Part shown: piece by piece, positions 30,070 to 38,336 of the stretch
How the letters are laid out: each line of letters starts with the position of its first letter
Position numbering within the stretch: the first letter of the stretch is position 1
Source: a virus
IMG/VR virus record: IMGVR_UViG_3300046171_000138
Reading direction: 5' to 3' (one strand)
DNA: 64,000 bases
Notes under the pieces: model-generated
What the model was told of the DNA's origin: nothing
Databases searched by the model: none
What the model saw: the letters and a program-made list of their open reading frames with translations, nothing else
Program-made: the position numbers and the translations under genes

Positions 30070-30642
30070 ATGAAAAAAATGATCTCACAAGCAATCGCTG
30101 TTGCTGGTCTCTCATTTATGATCCCAGCGTCACTTCCTCCAGTAGAAGGACCAGTGTCTATTCCTGTAATACAATACGAACCTACGTGGAAGTGTGAAGA
30201 CTGCACTCCAGAGGAACAGTATGTATTGGCACAACTTCAGGAAAAAACAAAAATTACTGATAAGAATGCTCTTGCTACACTGATGGGCAACATCAAGCAG
30301 GAGAGTAAGTTCATCTCCAACATCTGTGAAGGTGGTGCTCGTGTCTCGTATGAGAACTGCCTGACTGGTGGGTATGGTTTGATCCAGTGGACTTCTCCTC
30401 ACAGATACAGAGGTCTTGGCAATTTCTGTGCTAAATATGAATGTGATCCGAGCAGTGTATCTGGTCAGACTCGATGGATGATTAACGAACCTATCTTCCA
30501 AAGGTATCTTCCAGAGTTTGAAGGACGTGGATATTCTATCTCGCAATACATGGTTCCTGCTTACTACTGGTTAGGGTGGGGCATTAAAGGCAACCGTGAA
30601 ATCTATGCCTATGACTACGAAGCTAAACTAAAACTAGTATGA
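30070..30642 (+). CDS. phage-tail-lysozyme-like (Phage_lysozyme2) cell wall hydrolase with signal sequence
   Basis: ALATLMGNIKQES, GYGLIQWT; N-terminal hydrophobic segment. Confidence 0.7.
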   Translation: MKKMISQAIAVAGLSFMIPASLPPVEGPVSIPVIQYEPTWKCEDCTPEEQYVLAQLQEKTKITDKNALATLMGNIKQESKFISNICEGGARVSYENCLTGGYGLIQWTSPHRYRGLGNFCAKYECDPSSVSGQTRWMINEPIFQRYLPEFEGRGYSISQYMVPAYYWLGWGIKGNREIYAYDYEAKLKLV

Positions 30643-30887
30643 CATTCCCTGCACCAAAATATCTTAAAGACGATCCTTGGTTCGGACCTGCAACATTAAG
30701 CGAGACCCAAGAGATTTTAAAAGCAAGAATTGATCTTTGTGTTGCAGAACAACTCTTGTTGGTAGAAGAAGAGACTGGTATTCCAACTAACATCCACGAA
30801 GTCATGTATCAAATTGCCACTAAAACTGGTAAGACTACTACACAACTGGATCCACAAACTTGGATGTCTGGTTCTGGTATCAACTAA
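30639..30887 (+). CDS. hypothetical protein
   Basis: 82-aa ORF, ATGA overlap. Confidence 0.65.
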   Translation: MTFPAPKYLKDDPWFGPATLSETQEILKARIDLCVAEQLLLVEEETGIPTNIHEVMYQIATKTGKTTTQLDPQTWMSGSGIN

Positions 30888-30892
30888 TTTGC

Positions 30893-30921
30893 TTGACAGC
30901 ACCTAGTCACTGTGCTAATAT
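30893..30921 (+). promoter_or_regulatory. sigma70-type promoter for the tmRNA/tRNA cluster
   Basis: TTGACA-17-TAATAT with extended TG. Confidence 0.75.
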
Positions 30922-30928
30922 ATACAGT

Positions 30929-31180
30929 GTTCAAGAGGTTGCAAAGTCTGTTGTTCTGGACAGGGGTTCGATTCCCCTCACTTCCATTGATGGGGGTGCC
31001 ATGGTTTCGACAGGGCAAAAAGGTTGTAATTGTTGACGGGACAAAACCCTAGATGCAAACACATCTGATTCCGCTGCGAATAATATCGTAGCATTCTCCC
31101 GCAGCACCGTTGCTGCCTGAATGGGAGATGGGGGATAGGTTATCCTTCTAATCCAATAACTCTTGGGGGTGTGATGCCCC
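30929..31180 (+). ncRNA. ssrA: two-piece (circularly permuted) tmRNA
   Basis: T-arm AGGGG-TTCGATT-CCCCT (30962-30978) and acceptor 3' strand CACTTCC-A precede the 5' strand GGGGGTG (30992-30998), giving G3:U70; tag ORF ANNIVAFSRSTVAA-TGA at 31076-31120; cross-piece helix CAGGGCAA/TTGTTCTG; ends approximate. Confidence 0.9.
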
Positions 31181-31188
31181 TTCTTTAT

Positions 31189-31265
31189 GGGCAAGTAGCT
31201 CAGCTGGATAGAGCCACGCACTTCTAATGCGTTGGTCGGGGGTTCGAGTCCCTCCTTGCCTGCCA
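31189..31265 (+). tRNA. trnR: tRNA-Arg(TCT), CCA encoded
   Basis: GGGCAAG/CTTGCCT acceptor, ACGCA-CTTCTAA-TGCGT anticodon arm, GGTTCGAGTCC. Confidence 0.93.
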
Positions 31266-31337
31266 GGGCGATTAGCGCAGCGGTAGCGCACCTCCTTTAC
31301 ACGGAGAGGGTCGGGGGTTCGATTCCCTCATCGCCCA
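31266..31337 (+). tRNA. trnV: tRNA-Val(TAC), CCA not encoded
   Basis: GGGCGAT/ATCGCCC acceptor, anticodon loop TTTACAC, GGTTCGATTCC. Confidence 0.9.
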
Positions 31338-31353
31338 TAGTATACCTATACTA

Positions 31354-31665
31354 ATGAACAAAGAAAAAGTTAAAGACCAGCTACACGAGTTGCACATAGA
31401 GCTGGCATACATCAGAGGTATGTTGGAAAATGTTAGTAATCAAATGCAAGAACTGCGGGAAAGTGTTAGAGAGCCACCCAAGCAAAACCAGATGTTGCGG
31501 GTGTCCGAACCTTACGAGCATCCGTGGCACCAGCATATCAGGCAAGGATCTATCTCTGATAGAACTTGTATCGAGTCCCCAGAAACAAAAGAATACTACG
31601 AAGCTGTCACCGCAAGACTTGGTTTTTCAGGAGGAACGGCGACAACGCAAGGTCCGACGCATTGA
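31354..31665 (+). CDS. hypothetical coiled-coil protein (overlaps next ORF)
   Basis: Heptad N-terminus; 236-nt overlap with 31430-31681. Confidence 0.45.
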   Translation: MNKEKVKDQLHELHIELAYIRGMLENVSNQMQELRESVREPPKQNQMLRVSEPYEHPWHQHIRQGSISDRTCIESPETKEYYEAVTARLGFSGGTATTQGPTH

Positions 31666-31681
31666 CTTTGAAGAACGATAA
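31430..31681 (+). CDS. small zinc-finger-like protein
   Basis: CKNC...CCGC; C-terminal RRQRKVRRIDFEER. Confidence 0.7.
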   Translation: MLVIKCKNCGKVLESHPSKTRCCGCPNLTSIRGTSISGKDLSLIELVSSPQKQKNTTKLSPQDLVFQEERRQRKVRRIDFEER

Positions 31682-31699
31682 AATTATTTAACATCAATC

Positions 31700-32356
31700 A
31701 TGAAAATTTTTCTAGACACAGCAGACTTCGGTGCTATCATCGAACGTTCTCGCACTGGCATCATTTCTGGCATAACAACAAACCCAACACTAGTACGTAA
31801 GCAAGGTGTAGACTACCGAGATCTTATTGCACAGTTGTGTGATGAGTCTTTTGCATTTGAATCTGTATCAGCAGAAGTCAATGGACAGACAGCAGAAGAA
31901 CTACTAGAAGATGCAGAGAACTACATTGGTCTAGGTGAAGCAGTTACTATCAAGTTGCCTCTCCACATGGAGGGTCTGATTGCATGTAGAGATCTAGCTT
32001 CTCGTGGTATCAAGACTAACGTGACCCTGTGTTTCTCTGCTGCTCAAGCAGCTGTAACTGCTTTGTCTGGTGCCACATATATCTCCCCATTCGTGGGACG
32101 GTTGAATGATAATAGTGTCAGTGGTGTTGAGTTGATCCGTGCTATCTCTGGTCTGTACTGCTCACAGGGACAGCGTACCAAGATCCTTGCTGCCAGTTTG
32201 AGAGATGTCCACCATGTCTCCCGTTGTCTTCTGTATGGTGCTAGTGTAGTCACTCTTCCAGTTGGGGTATTTGATAAGATGTATAAGCACGTCCTTACTG
32301 ATGTAGGACTGGATATCTTTGAACAAGATTTTAGGGAAATCAATGAAAGAAATTGA
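31700..32356 (+). CDS. talC: transaldolase
   Basis: MKIFLDTA, GITTNPTL, TIKLP, TNVTLCFS, YISPFVGR, ILAASLR. Confidence 0.95.
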   Translation: MKIFLDTADFGAIIERSRTGIISGITTNPTLVRKQGVDYRDLIAQLCDESFAFESVSAEVNGQTAEELLEDAENYIGLGEAVTIKLPLHMEGLIACRDLASRGIKTNVTLCFSAAQAAVTALSGATYISPFVGRLNDNSVSGVELIRAISGLYCSQGQRTKILAASLRDVHHVSRCLLYGASVVTLPVGVFDKMYKHVLTDVGLDIFEQDFREINERN

Positions 32357-32567
32357 AGAAATGCGTGAGATTAGTGAGGAGGAGTTCCAAGCGAACTTCG
32401 ATGCTTACATGGATCTCATTGAGAGTAAAGGTGAGCACTTCCTAGTCCGTCGCTCGGACGGTAGTGCAGTCATCGCAGCACCGATCACAGAAGAGATGGA
32501 ACCGTTGCTTGACATTATGCCTACATTGGACTATAATGACGGAGTTGCTGGAGACCCTTCCTTCTGA
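32343..32567 (+). CDS. Phd/YefM-antitoxin-like small protein
   Basis: ISEEEFQANFDAYMDLIESKGEHFLVRRSDGSAVIAAP resembles the Phd N-terminal fold pattern. Confidence 0.5.
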   Translation: MKEIEEMREISEEEFQANFDAYMDLIESKGEHFLVRRSDGSAVIAAPITEEMEPLLDIMPTLDYNDGVAGDPSF

Positions 32568-32806
32568 TGAAAATCCTTCTTGAGCGTTTCCCATACCGCT
32601 ACGTCGAGTGTGGTGTGTTGGAGACTAATGGAATGCCTGACTTTCGTATCCAGAAAGCAGACGAGTACACCAAGCGGTATCGTGACATGTATCTTCTAGA
32701 TAATCAGATGCAACTTCTGACTGCTATGGAAGACTTTGAATATACCAAGTGGTTGGATCCAGAAAACGTTCCCTGTTATGTAAAAGAAAATGTCAAAGCT
32801 ATCTGA
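32567..32806 (+). CDS. conserved hypothetical protein
   Basis: MKILLERFPYRYVE...WLDPENVPCY. Confidence 0.7.
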   Translation: MKILLERFPYRYVECGVLETNGMPDFRIQKADEYTKRYRDMYLLDNQMQLLTAMEDFEYTKWLDPENVPCYVKENVKAI

Positions 32807-33104
32807 AGCAAAAGAACTAGTGCGCCAGGAACTTCTGGAAGCACTGCAAAATAAGAACGGTGGATCCGTTCGTGATCTCTTTGAGGTCTATGATAAACTT
32901 CGTGAACTATCACCTTGTGATGTCATTGAGTTTACTAATACTGACTCTGCTTACAACTTCCAGTTGGGATCTGACTATCTCTCTTCTACCAATGCAGAAA
33001 CATTTGGTGTTGCAGCTGCAGGTCCAGTAGATTATATTCCAGGTGGTCTGGGTGCTGATGTTATCTCCTTTGGTGGTGATAACGACACAATTAGTCTTGG
33101 ATAG
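32790..33104 (+). CDS. hypothetical protein
   Basis: 104-aa ORF; low-complexity C-terminus. Confidence 0.65.
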   Translation: MSKLSEAKELVRQELLEALQNKNGGSVRDLFEVYDKLRELSPCDVIEFTNTDSAYNFQLGSDYLSSTNAETFGVAAAGPVDYIPGGLGADVISFGGDNDTISLG

Positions 33105-33245
33105 ACTCTAAACTTATCCTGGTGGAGCTGGGTAGACTTATCTGCTGGTCCAGTCTCGGTAAGACTATAAACTAGCCCTGGTGCGGGTGTTGCTGCCGCC
33201 TGGTTTCCAATTTCCAGTTAAAGAATTGGTGGCGAGCCTGTGCAT
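33103..33245 (+). ncRNA. manA-like structured RNA motif
   Basis: GC-rich intergenic block ending CCGCCTGGTTTCC...CCAGTTAAAGAATTGGTGGCGAGCCTG, matching my recollection of the cyanophage manA motif; not verified by CM search. Confidence 0.55.
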
Positions 33246-33286
33246 TGGACTGACCTCCTACTGTGGACACTACACAAACTGTCCAC

Positions 33287-33320
33287 TTGACAGATTTAAC
33301 AAAGTCTGTTATCATAAATA
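33287..33320 (+). promoter_or_regulatory. overlapping early (TTGACA-17-TATCAT) and late (ATAAATA) promoters
   Basis: TTGACA 33287-33292, TATCAT 33310-33315, ATAAATA 33314-33320. Confidence 0.7.
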
Positions 33321-33445
33321 AATGTTACAACTGTCACACTCACATAAGTATTAATACTTGTGCCAGTTGTAACAAAACGAGACACGTCGAGTCTCTATTC
33401 ATCTGTGGGTAATCACTCCACAAGTAAACAAAGGTATTAACAAAC

Positions 33446-33817
33446 ATGATCAAATCTGTATTCGCAGCAACCGCTGCTCTTTCTGTCTCTGCTGGTGCTG
33501 CTTTCGCAGGACCCTACGTCAACGTGGAAACCAACGCTGGTTGGACTGGATCCGAGTACAATGGTGCTGGAACAGACCTTCACCTGGGTTACGAAGGTTC
33601 CTTCAGTGACACTGGTTCATACTACGTTCAGGGTGGCGCTACTGTGCTGACTCCTGACGGTGGTGACGCTGATACCGTTCCTTCTGGTAAGGCAGGCGTT
33701 GGTTTGAGTCTTACTGAAGCACTTGGTGCATATGGTGAAGTATCCTTCGTAGGTTCAGGCGACGAAGATCTTGACCGTGGTTACGGAGCTAAATTGGGTT
33801 TGAAGTATAACTTCTGA
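33446..33817 (+). CDS. outer-membrane-protein-like beta-barrel protein
   Basis: Signal peptide ending AFA, alternating beta-strands, C-terminal GLKYNF (terminal Phe). Confidence 0.75.
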   Translation: MIKSVFAATAALSVSAGAAFAGPYVNVETNAGWTGSEYNGAGTDLHLGYEGSFSDTGSYYVQGGATVLTPDGGDADTVPSGKAGVGLSLTEALGAYGEVSFVGSGDEDLDRGYGAKLGLKYNF

Positions 33818-33822
33818 TCTTG

Positions 33823-33878
33823 TAGACACATAGACATCTAGATGTTATACTGGGGGTGCGACGGCATCCCCTTTTTTT
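33823..33878 (+). promoter_or_regulatory. promoter TAGACA-17-TATACT immediately followed by a terminator hairpin
   Basis: TAGACA 33823-33828, TATACT 33846-33851, GGGGGTGC-GACG-GCATCCCC-T run. Confidence 0.6.
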
Positions 33879-34082
33879 ATGAAATTTGTTCTCAAATTCT
33901 TAACGAATCCAGGAACGTTGACTTCCTTTCTGTTGTTAGGAATAATAGCACTGATAGGGGCACTGCATAACCATGCTCACTACAGCATGGAAATGGATGC
34001 AGATAGTTACGTGAGACAGTGGTGTAGATCATCAGCAGAAAACAAAAAAATCTGTATCAGTTATGGTAGTTCGTATGATTAA
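33879..34082 (+). CDS. small membrane protein
   Basis: One TM segment, HNHAH, two Cys. Confidence 0.65.
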   Translation: MKFVLKFLTNPGTLTSFLLLGIIALIGALHNHAHYSMEMDADSYVRQWCRSSAENKKICISYGSSYD

Positions 34083-34401
34083 AAAGTATTTGGGATTACT
34101 TAAAAAGATTCCAGAGAGACACTACTGGCCTATCTTTGTTATTGTATCTCTCTACTTCATCGTTCCGATGAGTGAGATTACAGTAACTCTAGGCGCTATT
34201 CTCTACTTCAAGTATGAGAATAAAGTTAGACCTGTGATTGGTAGACTTACCAAGAGACTACCTGACTGGTTGACATATGGTGGTAGTGTCCTATTCTTCC
34301 TGGTAATGATTGACGACACCCTCTTTTATGTGGTGCTCTTCATTCTGGCAATCTGGGGAGCGAGTAAAGCAAGTAAACCTGATCCGACTGATCAGGAATA
34401 A
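34063..34401 (+). CDS. hypothetical membrane protein
   Basis: Multiple hydrophobic segments. Confidence 0.65.
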   Translation: MVVRMIKKYLGLLKKIPERHYWPIFVIVSLYFIVPMSEITVTLGAILYFKYENKVRPVIGRLTKRLPDWLTYGGSVLFFLVMIDDTLFYVVLFILAIWGASKASKPDPTDQE

Positions 34402-34407
34402 TTATCA

Positions 34408-34445
34408 AAGGAGGGCTTGACACCCTCCTTTTTTTGCTATATACT
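34408..34445 (+). terminator. terminator with -35 TTGACA in its loop; promoter for hli
   Basis: AAAGGAGGG-CTTGACA-CCCTCCTTTTTTT; TATACT at 34440-34445 (17-nt spacer). Confidence 0.75.
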
Positions 34446-34471
34446 ATGTAAAGTTTCATTACAGAAGGTAA

Positions 34472-34690
34472 ATGACTGTAACAACAGAAGACGGCGGACG
34501 CACAAATTTGTTCGCTAGAGAGCCTCAAATGTACGTCTCTAAAACTGACGCCGAACGTTATGGCTACGAGTCATATGCTGAAAGAGCCGAGAAGTTGAAT
34601 GGACGCACTGCTATGGTTGGATTTGTTGCTGCTGTTGTCTCTTATACTTTCAGTGGCAGTGTATTTTTCTTTGGTGTCTTCGGATTCTGA
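34472..34690 (+). CDS. hli: high-light inducible protein
   Basis: AEKLNGRTAMVGF chlorophyll-binding motif. Confidence 0.9.
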   Translation: MTVTTEDGGRTNLFAREPQMYVSKTDAERYGYESYAERAEKLNGRTAMVGFVAAVVSYTFSGSVFFFGVFGF

Positions 34691-34746
34691 CAACTGAAAT
34701 ACGTCTGCTATAATGGTGGATAGATACTTCAGATATCGAAAACCAA

Positions 34747-34908
34747 ATGACAAATCCTAATGCTCTCTATGAGGACATGCAAAAACTGGATGACATGTAT
34801 GAAGAACTTCTCTGGCATCCAGAAGACGAGTTGCAATTCTCTCATGATGGAGAGAAAATTATTATCACCAACAAAACTTTGGAACTGAATGGAAAACTCT
34901 CTACTTGA
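34747..34908 (+). CDS. small hypothetical protein, 53 aa
   Basis: Manual translation MTNPNALYEDMQKLDDMYEELLWHPEDEL... Confidence 0.6.
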   Translation: MTNPNALYEDMQKLDDMYEELLWHPEDELQFSHDGEKIIITNKTLELNGKLST

Positions 34909-35116
34909 AATCCTCACGTACTATGTGATTGGAGGTGCCCTTATCATTGGACCACCTGCAATCTTCCTAATCATTGCTATGATGGGAGCGATCCAAAATA
35001 CGAAAGGTCGTATGGTTGGATACAAAGACCACAAAGAATATGGTGACAGTTCTATCTACGAGAACTCACCTTCGGATCAAACTAAATTCTATCTTACACT
35101 AGGAGAAAACTCATGA
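34889..35116 (+). CDS. small membrane protein
   Basis: TM segment YYVIGGALIIGPPAIFLIIAMMG. Confidence 0.65.
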   Translation: MENSLLEILTYYVIGGALIIGPPAIFLIIAMMGAIQNTKGRMVGYKDHKEYGDSSIYENSPSDQTKFYLTLGENS

Positions 35117-35220
35117 ACGAAAACGCAGAACGCATCAACGGATGGGCAGCAATGCTCGGAGTCATCGCTGCTATGGGTAGCTATGCAACAACAGGACAAC
35201 TCATCCCAGGTATTTGGTGA
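35113..35220 (+). CDS. hli: high-light inducible protein, 35 aa (not in ORF track)
   Basis: MNENAERINGWAAMLGVIAAMGSYATTGQLIPGIW. Confidence 0.9.
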   Translation: MNENAERINGWAAMLGVIAAMGSYATTGQLIPGIW

Positions 35221-35348
35221 TGTTATTTCTAGCAGCATCCATGTTAGTAGGTTTTATCTTTGCAGCTGTTCTTACAGGTGGTGATGTAGATGACGATGAC
35301 GACATGGGTGGTGGCATGATGATCCCCGCTACCTACCCTGCAAGTTGA
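35220..35348 (+). CDS. small TM protein with acidic tail, 42 aa
   Basis: MLFLAASMLVGFIFAAVLTGGDVDDDDDMGGGMMIP... Confidence 0.6.
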   Translation: MLFLAASMLVGFIFAAVLTGGDVDDDDDMGGGMMIPATYPAS

Positions 35349-35372
35349 GTACAAATGCTCATCTTTTAGGGG

Positions 35373-35406
35373 TTGACGGAAAACCGCCCGCCTGTTATAA
35401 TAAATA
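35373..35406 (+). promoter_or_regulatory. overlapping early and late promoters of psbA
   Basis: TTGACG-17-TATAAT (35396-35401) overlapping ATAAATA. Confidence 0.75.
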
Positions 35407-35454
35407 CATCGTTAAGTTAAGAAACCAAAACATTTCTTAACGGTTCGTAACACC

Positions 35455-35560
35455 CCTAAAACCGAGACCTATAGGGTGTATAAACAACGTCTCTAATACC
35501 TCTGCCTAGGGCGCAGAGGAAATAGTAACTCCACCATTCCCTGATGGTCTTACTTTCTTT
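35455..35560 (+). ncRNA. PhotoRC-II-like cis-regulatory RNA in the psbA leader
   Basis: CCGAGAC...GTCTCT, CCTCTGC/GCAGAGG hairpin, ACCAT-TCCCTG-ATGGT; directly 5' of psbA. Confidence 0.7.
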
Positions 35561-35568
35561 TCAAAACA

Positions 35569-36648
35569 ATGGCTTCAACTCTTTCAAGGCAACAATCACA
35601 ATCCTCGTGGGATTCTTTCTGCGAGTGGGTAACCTCCACCAACAATCGTTTGTACGTTGGTTGGTTCGGCGTACTGATGATTCCTACGTTGCTTGCTGCA
35701 ACTATCTGTTTCATCGTCGCCTTCGTCGCTGCTCCCCCTGTGGACATTGACGGTATCCGTGAACCCGTCGCTGGTTCACTCATGTATGGTAACAACATCA
35801 TCTCTGGTGCAGTTGTTCCTTCTTCTAACGCAATCGGTCTTCACTTCTACCCCATCTGGGAAGCAGCATCACTTGATGAATGGCTTTACAACGGTGGTCC
35901 TTTCCAACTGGTAGTCTTTCACTTCCTCATCGGCATCTATGCATACATGGGTCGTGAATGGGAACTTTCTTACCGTCTAGGTATGCGTCCATGGATCTGT
36001 GTTGCATACTCTGCACCAGTCGCTGCTGCGAGTGCAGTATTCCTCGTCTATCCTTTCGGTCAAGGTTCTTTCTCCGATGCTATGCCTCTTGGTATCTCTG
36101 GTACTTTTAACTATATGCTCGTCTTCCAGGCAGAGCACAATATTCTTATGCATCCGTTCCACATGCTCGGCGTTGCTGGGGTATTCGGTGGATCTTTGTT
36201 CTCTGCTATGCACGGAAGTCTCGTTACTTCCTCGCTTGTTCGTGAAACAACTGAAACAGAGTCACAGAACTATGGTTACAAGTTCGGTCAAGAAGAAGAG
36301 ACCTACAACATCGTCGCAGCCCATGGTTACTTCGGTCGTTTGATCTTCCAATACGCTTCATTCAACAACTCCCGTTCCTTGCACTTCTTCCTTGCTGCAT
36401 GGCCTGTTGTCGGCATCTGGTTCACCGCCCTTGGCGTCTCCACGATGGCATTCAACCTGAACGGTTTCAACTTCAACCAGTCCATCCTTGATGGTCAGGG
36501 TCGTGTGTTGAACACCTGGGCAGACGTTCTGAACCGTGCTGGTCTTGGTATGGAAGTTATGCATGAGCGTAACGCACACAACTTCCCCCTTGATCTTGCT
36601 GCTGCAGAATCAACACCCGTTGCACTCACCGCACCTGTTGTCGGTTGA
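35569..36648 (+). CDS. psbA: photosystem II D1 protein
   Basis: Unmistakable D1 sequence, C-terminal [10 protein letters not shown]; no intron. Confidence 0.99.
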   Translation: MASTLSRQQSQSSWDSFCEWVTSTNNRLYVGWFGVLMIPTLLAATICFIVAFVAAPPVDIDGIREPVAGSLMYGNNIISGAVVPSSNAIGLHFYPIWEAASLDEWLYNGGPFQLVVFHFLIGIYAYMGREWELSYRLGMRPWICVAYSAPVAAASAVFLVYPFGQGSFSDAMPLGISGTFNYMLVFQAEHNILMHPFHMLGVAGVFGGSLFSAMHGSLVTSSLVRETTETESQNYGYKFGQEEETYNIVAAHGYFGRLIFQYASFNNSRSLHFFLAAWPVVGIWFTALGVSTMAFNLNGFNFNQSILDGQGRVLNTWADVLNRAGLGMEVMHERNAHNFPLDLAAAESTPVALTAPVVG

Positions 36649-36668
36649 TAAATAACGTGGTATAATAT

Positions 36669-36692
36669 GAGGGTCTTCGGACCCTCTTTTTT
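36669..36692 (+). terminator. UUCG-capped terminator after psbA
   Basis: GAGGGTC-TTCG-GACCCTC-TTTTTT. Confidence 0.85.
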
Positions 36693-36708
36693 AATCTCAA
36701 AATTTACT

Positions 36709-37002
36709 ATGGCAACATTCAACGTCACTCTTAAAACTTCGGAGGGTGAACACACAATCACCTGCGAAGATGATCAATACATTCTAGACGCTACTGACGA
36801 AGCTGGTATTGACTTGCCTTACTCCTGTCGTGCTGGTGCCTGTTCTACATGTGCTGGTAAGATTGAATCTGGTACTGTAGATCAAGGTGATCAATCGTTC
36901 TTGGATGATGATCAACTAGAAGCAGGATTTGTTCTCACTTGTGTAGCATATCCTACATCAGATCTAACTATTCTTACTGAACAAGAGGAGTCTCTATACT
37001 AA
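36709..37002 (+). CDS. petF: plant-type [2Fe-2S] ferredoxin
   Basis: [13 protein letters not shown]...FVLTC. Confidence 0.96.
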   Translation: MATFNVTLKTSEGEHTITCEDDQYILDATDEAGIDLPYSCRAGACSTCAGKIESGTVDQGDQSFLDDDQLEAGFVLTCVAYPTSDLTILTEQEESLY

Positions 37003-37223
37003 TGTCTTGTAATCTTCGTCTACAAATTTTGGAATCACTTCGTGCTCAAGCAGAAGGAAACATTTCAAAAGCAAAAACAAACATTGAAGTTTACCTACAC
37101 AATCCTGTAGGTATTGGTGAGCACCCTGACGTACTCGCTGCCATCCAAGAACAAGTAGATATTATTGCTCATGAAGAAGAGCGTATCGAAGTTCTTGACA
37201 AACATTTTACCGAGCATAATTAA
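37002..37223 (+). CDS. conserved hypothetical protein
   Basis: [13 protein letters not shown] motif. Confidence 0.75.
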   Translation: MSCNLRLQILESLRAQAEGNISKAKTNIEVYLHNPVGIGEHPDVLAAIQEQVDIIAHEEERIEVLDKHFTEHN

Positions 37224-37234
37224 AGGAACAAACA

Positions 37235-38290
37235 ATGGTTGCTTCAACACTACAACAACAACGGAGGGGATGGTTTGATATCCTTGATGACTGGCTTAAA
37301 CGGGATCGCTTTGTCTTTGTGGGTTGGTCTGGACTACTTCTTCTTCCCACTGCTTATCTTGCAATTGGTGGCTGGCTTACGGGCACAACATTTGCTACGA
37401 GTTGGTACACCCACGGACTTGCAAGTTCGTACCTTGAGGGTGCTAATTTCCTTACAGCGGCTGTCTCAACGCCTGCTGATGCTATGGGTCATTCTCTTCT
37501 TCTACTTTGGGGTCCTGAAGCTCAAGGCAGTTTCGTCCGTTGGATCCAACTTGGGGGACTCTGGAATTTTGTGGCACTCCACGGAGCCTTTGCTCTCATT
37601 GGTTTCATGCTTCGACAGTTTGAACTTGCTCGCCTGATTGGTATCAGACCCTACAATGCGATTGCTTTTTCTGGTCCTATTGCTGTATTCGTGTCTGTAT
37701 TCCTCATCTATCCTTTGGGACAGTCATCTTGGTTCTTTGCGCCGAGTTTCGGTGTCGCGGCGATTTTCAGGTTCCTTCTCTTCCTCCAGGGCTTTCATAA
37801 TTGGACGCTCAACCCCTTCCATATGATGGGAGTTGCAGGTATCTTGGGGGGAGCATTGCTGTCAGCAATCCATGGTGTCACCGTAGAGAATACATTGTAT
37901 GAAGATGGAGACCAAGCAAACACATTCAAGGCATTTGATTCCACTCAAGAAGAGGAAACTTACTCTATGGTTACGGCGAACCGCTTCTGGTCGCAGATCT
38001 TCGGGATTGCGTTTAGCAATAAGCGTTGGTTGCACTTCTTTATGTTGTTTGTTCCTGTCATGGGTCTTTGGACATCTTCTATTGGCATCATTGGGCTTGC
38101 TCTTAATCTTCGTGCTTATGATTTTGTGAGTCAAGAGATCAGAGCAGCAGAAGATCCAGAATTCGAGACGTTCTATACAAAGAACATCCTATTGAATGAA
38201 GGACTACGTGCATGGTTGGCACCAGTTGATCAACCACATGAGCAGTTCATTTTTCCAGAGGAAGTATTACCTCGTGGTAATGCCCTTTAA
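37235..38290 (+). CDS. psbD: photosystem II D2 protein
   Basis: D2 sequence, C-terminal [10 protein letters not shown]. Confidence 0.99.
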   Translation: MVASTLQQQRRGWFDILDDWLKRDRFVFVGWSGLLLLPTAYLAIGGWLTGTTFATSWYTHGLASSYLEGANFLTAAVSTPADAMGHSLLLLWGPEAQGSFVRWIQLGGLWNFVALHGAFALIGFMLRQFELARLIGIRPYNAIAFSGPIAVFVSVFLIYPLGQSSWFFAPSFGVAAIFRFLLFLQGFHNWTLNPFHMMGVAGILGGALLSAIHGVTVENTLYEDGDQANTFKAFDSTQEEETYSMVTANRFWSQIFGIAFSNKRWLHFFMLFVPVMGLWTSSIGIIGLALNLRAYDFVSQEIRAAEDPEFETFYTKNILLNEGLRAWLAPVDQPHEQFIFPEEVLPRGNAL

Positions 38291-38336
38291 TAATGATTCT
38301 TGTTATTAAAACTTTCGCCCCAACCGTTAATAAGAC

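Noticed and set aside
30955-31010. Degenerate tRNA interpretation of the T-arm at 30962
   Set aside because: No anticodon arm, the acceptor strands are in permuted order, and a tag ORF follows, so it is tmRNA
30931-31221. 96-aa minus-strand ORF over the tmRNA
   Set aside because: Antisense to a structured RNA gene; such spurious ORFs are common opposite ssrA
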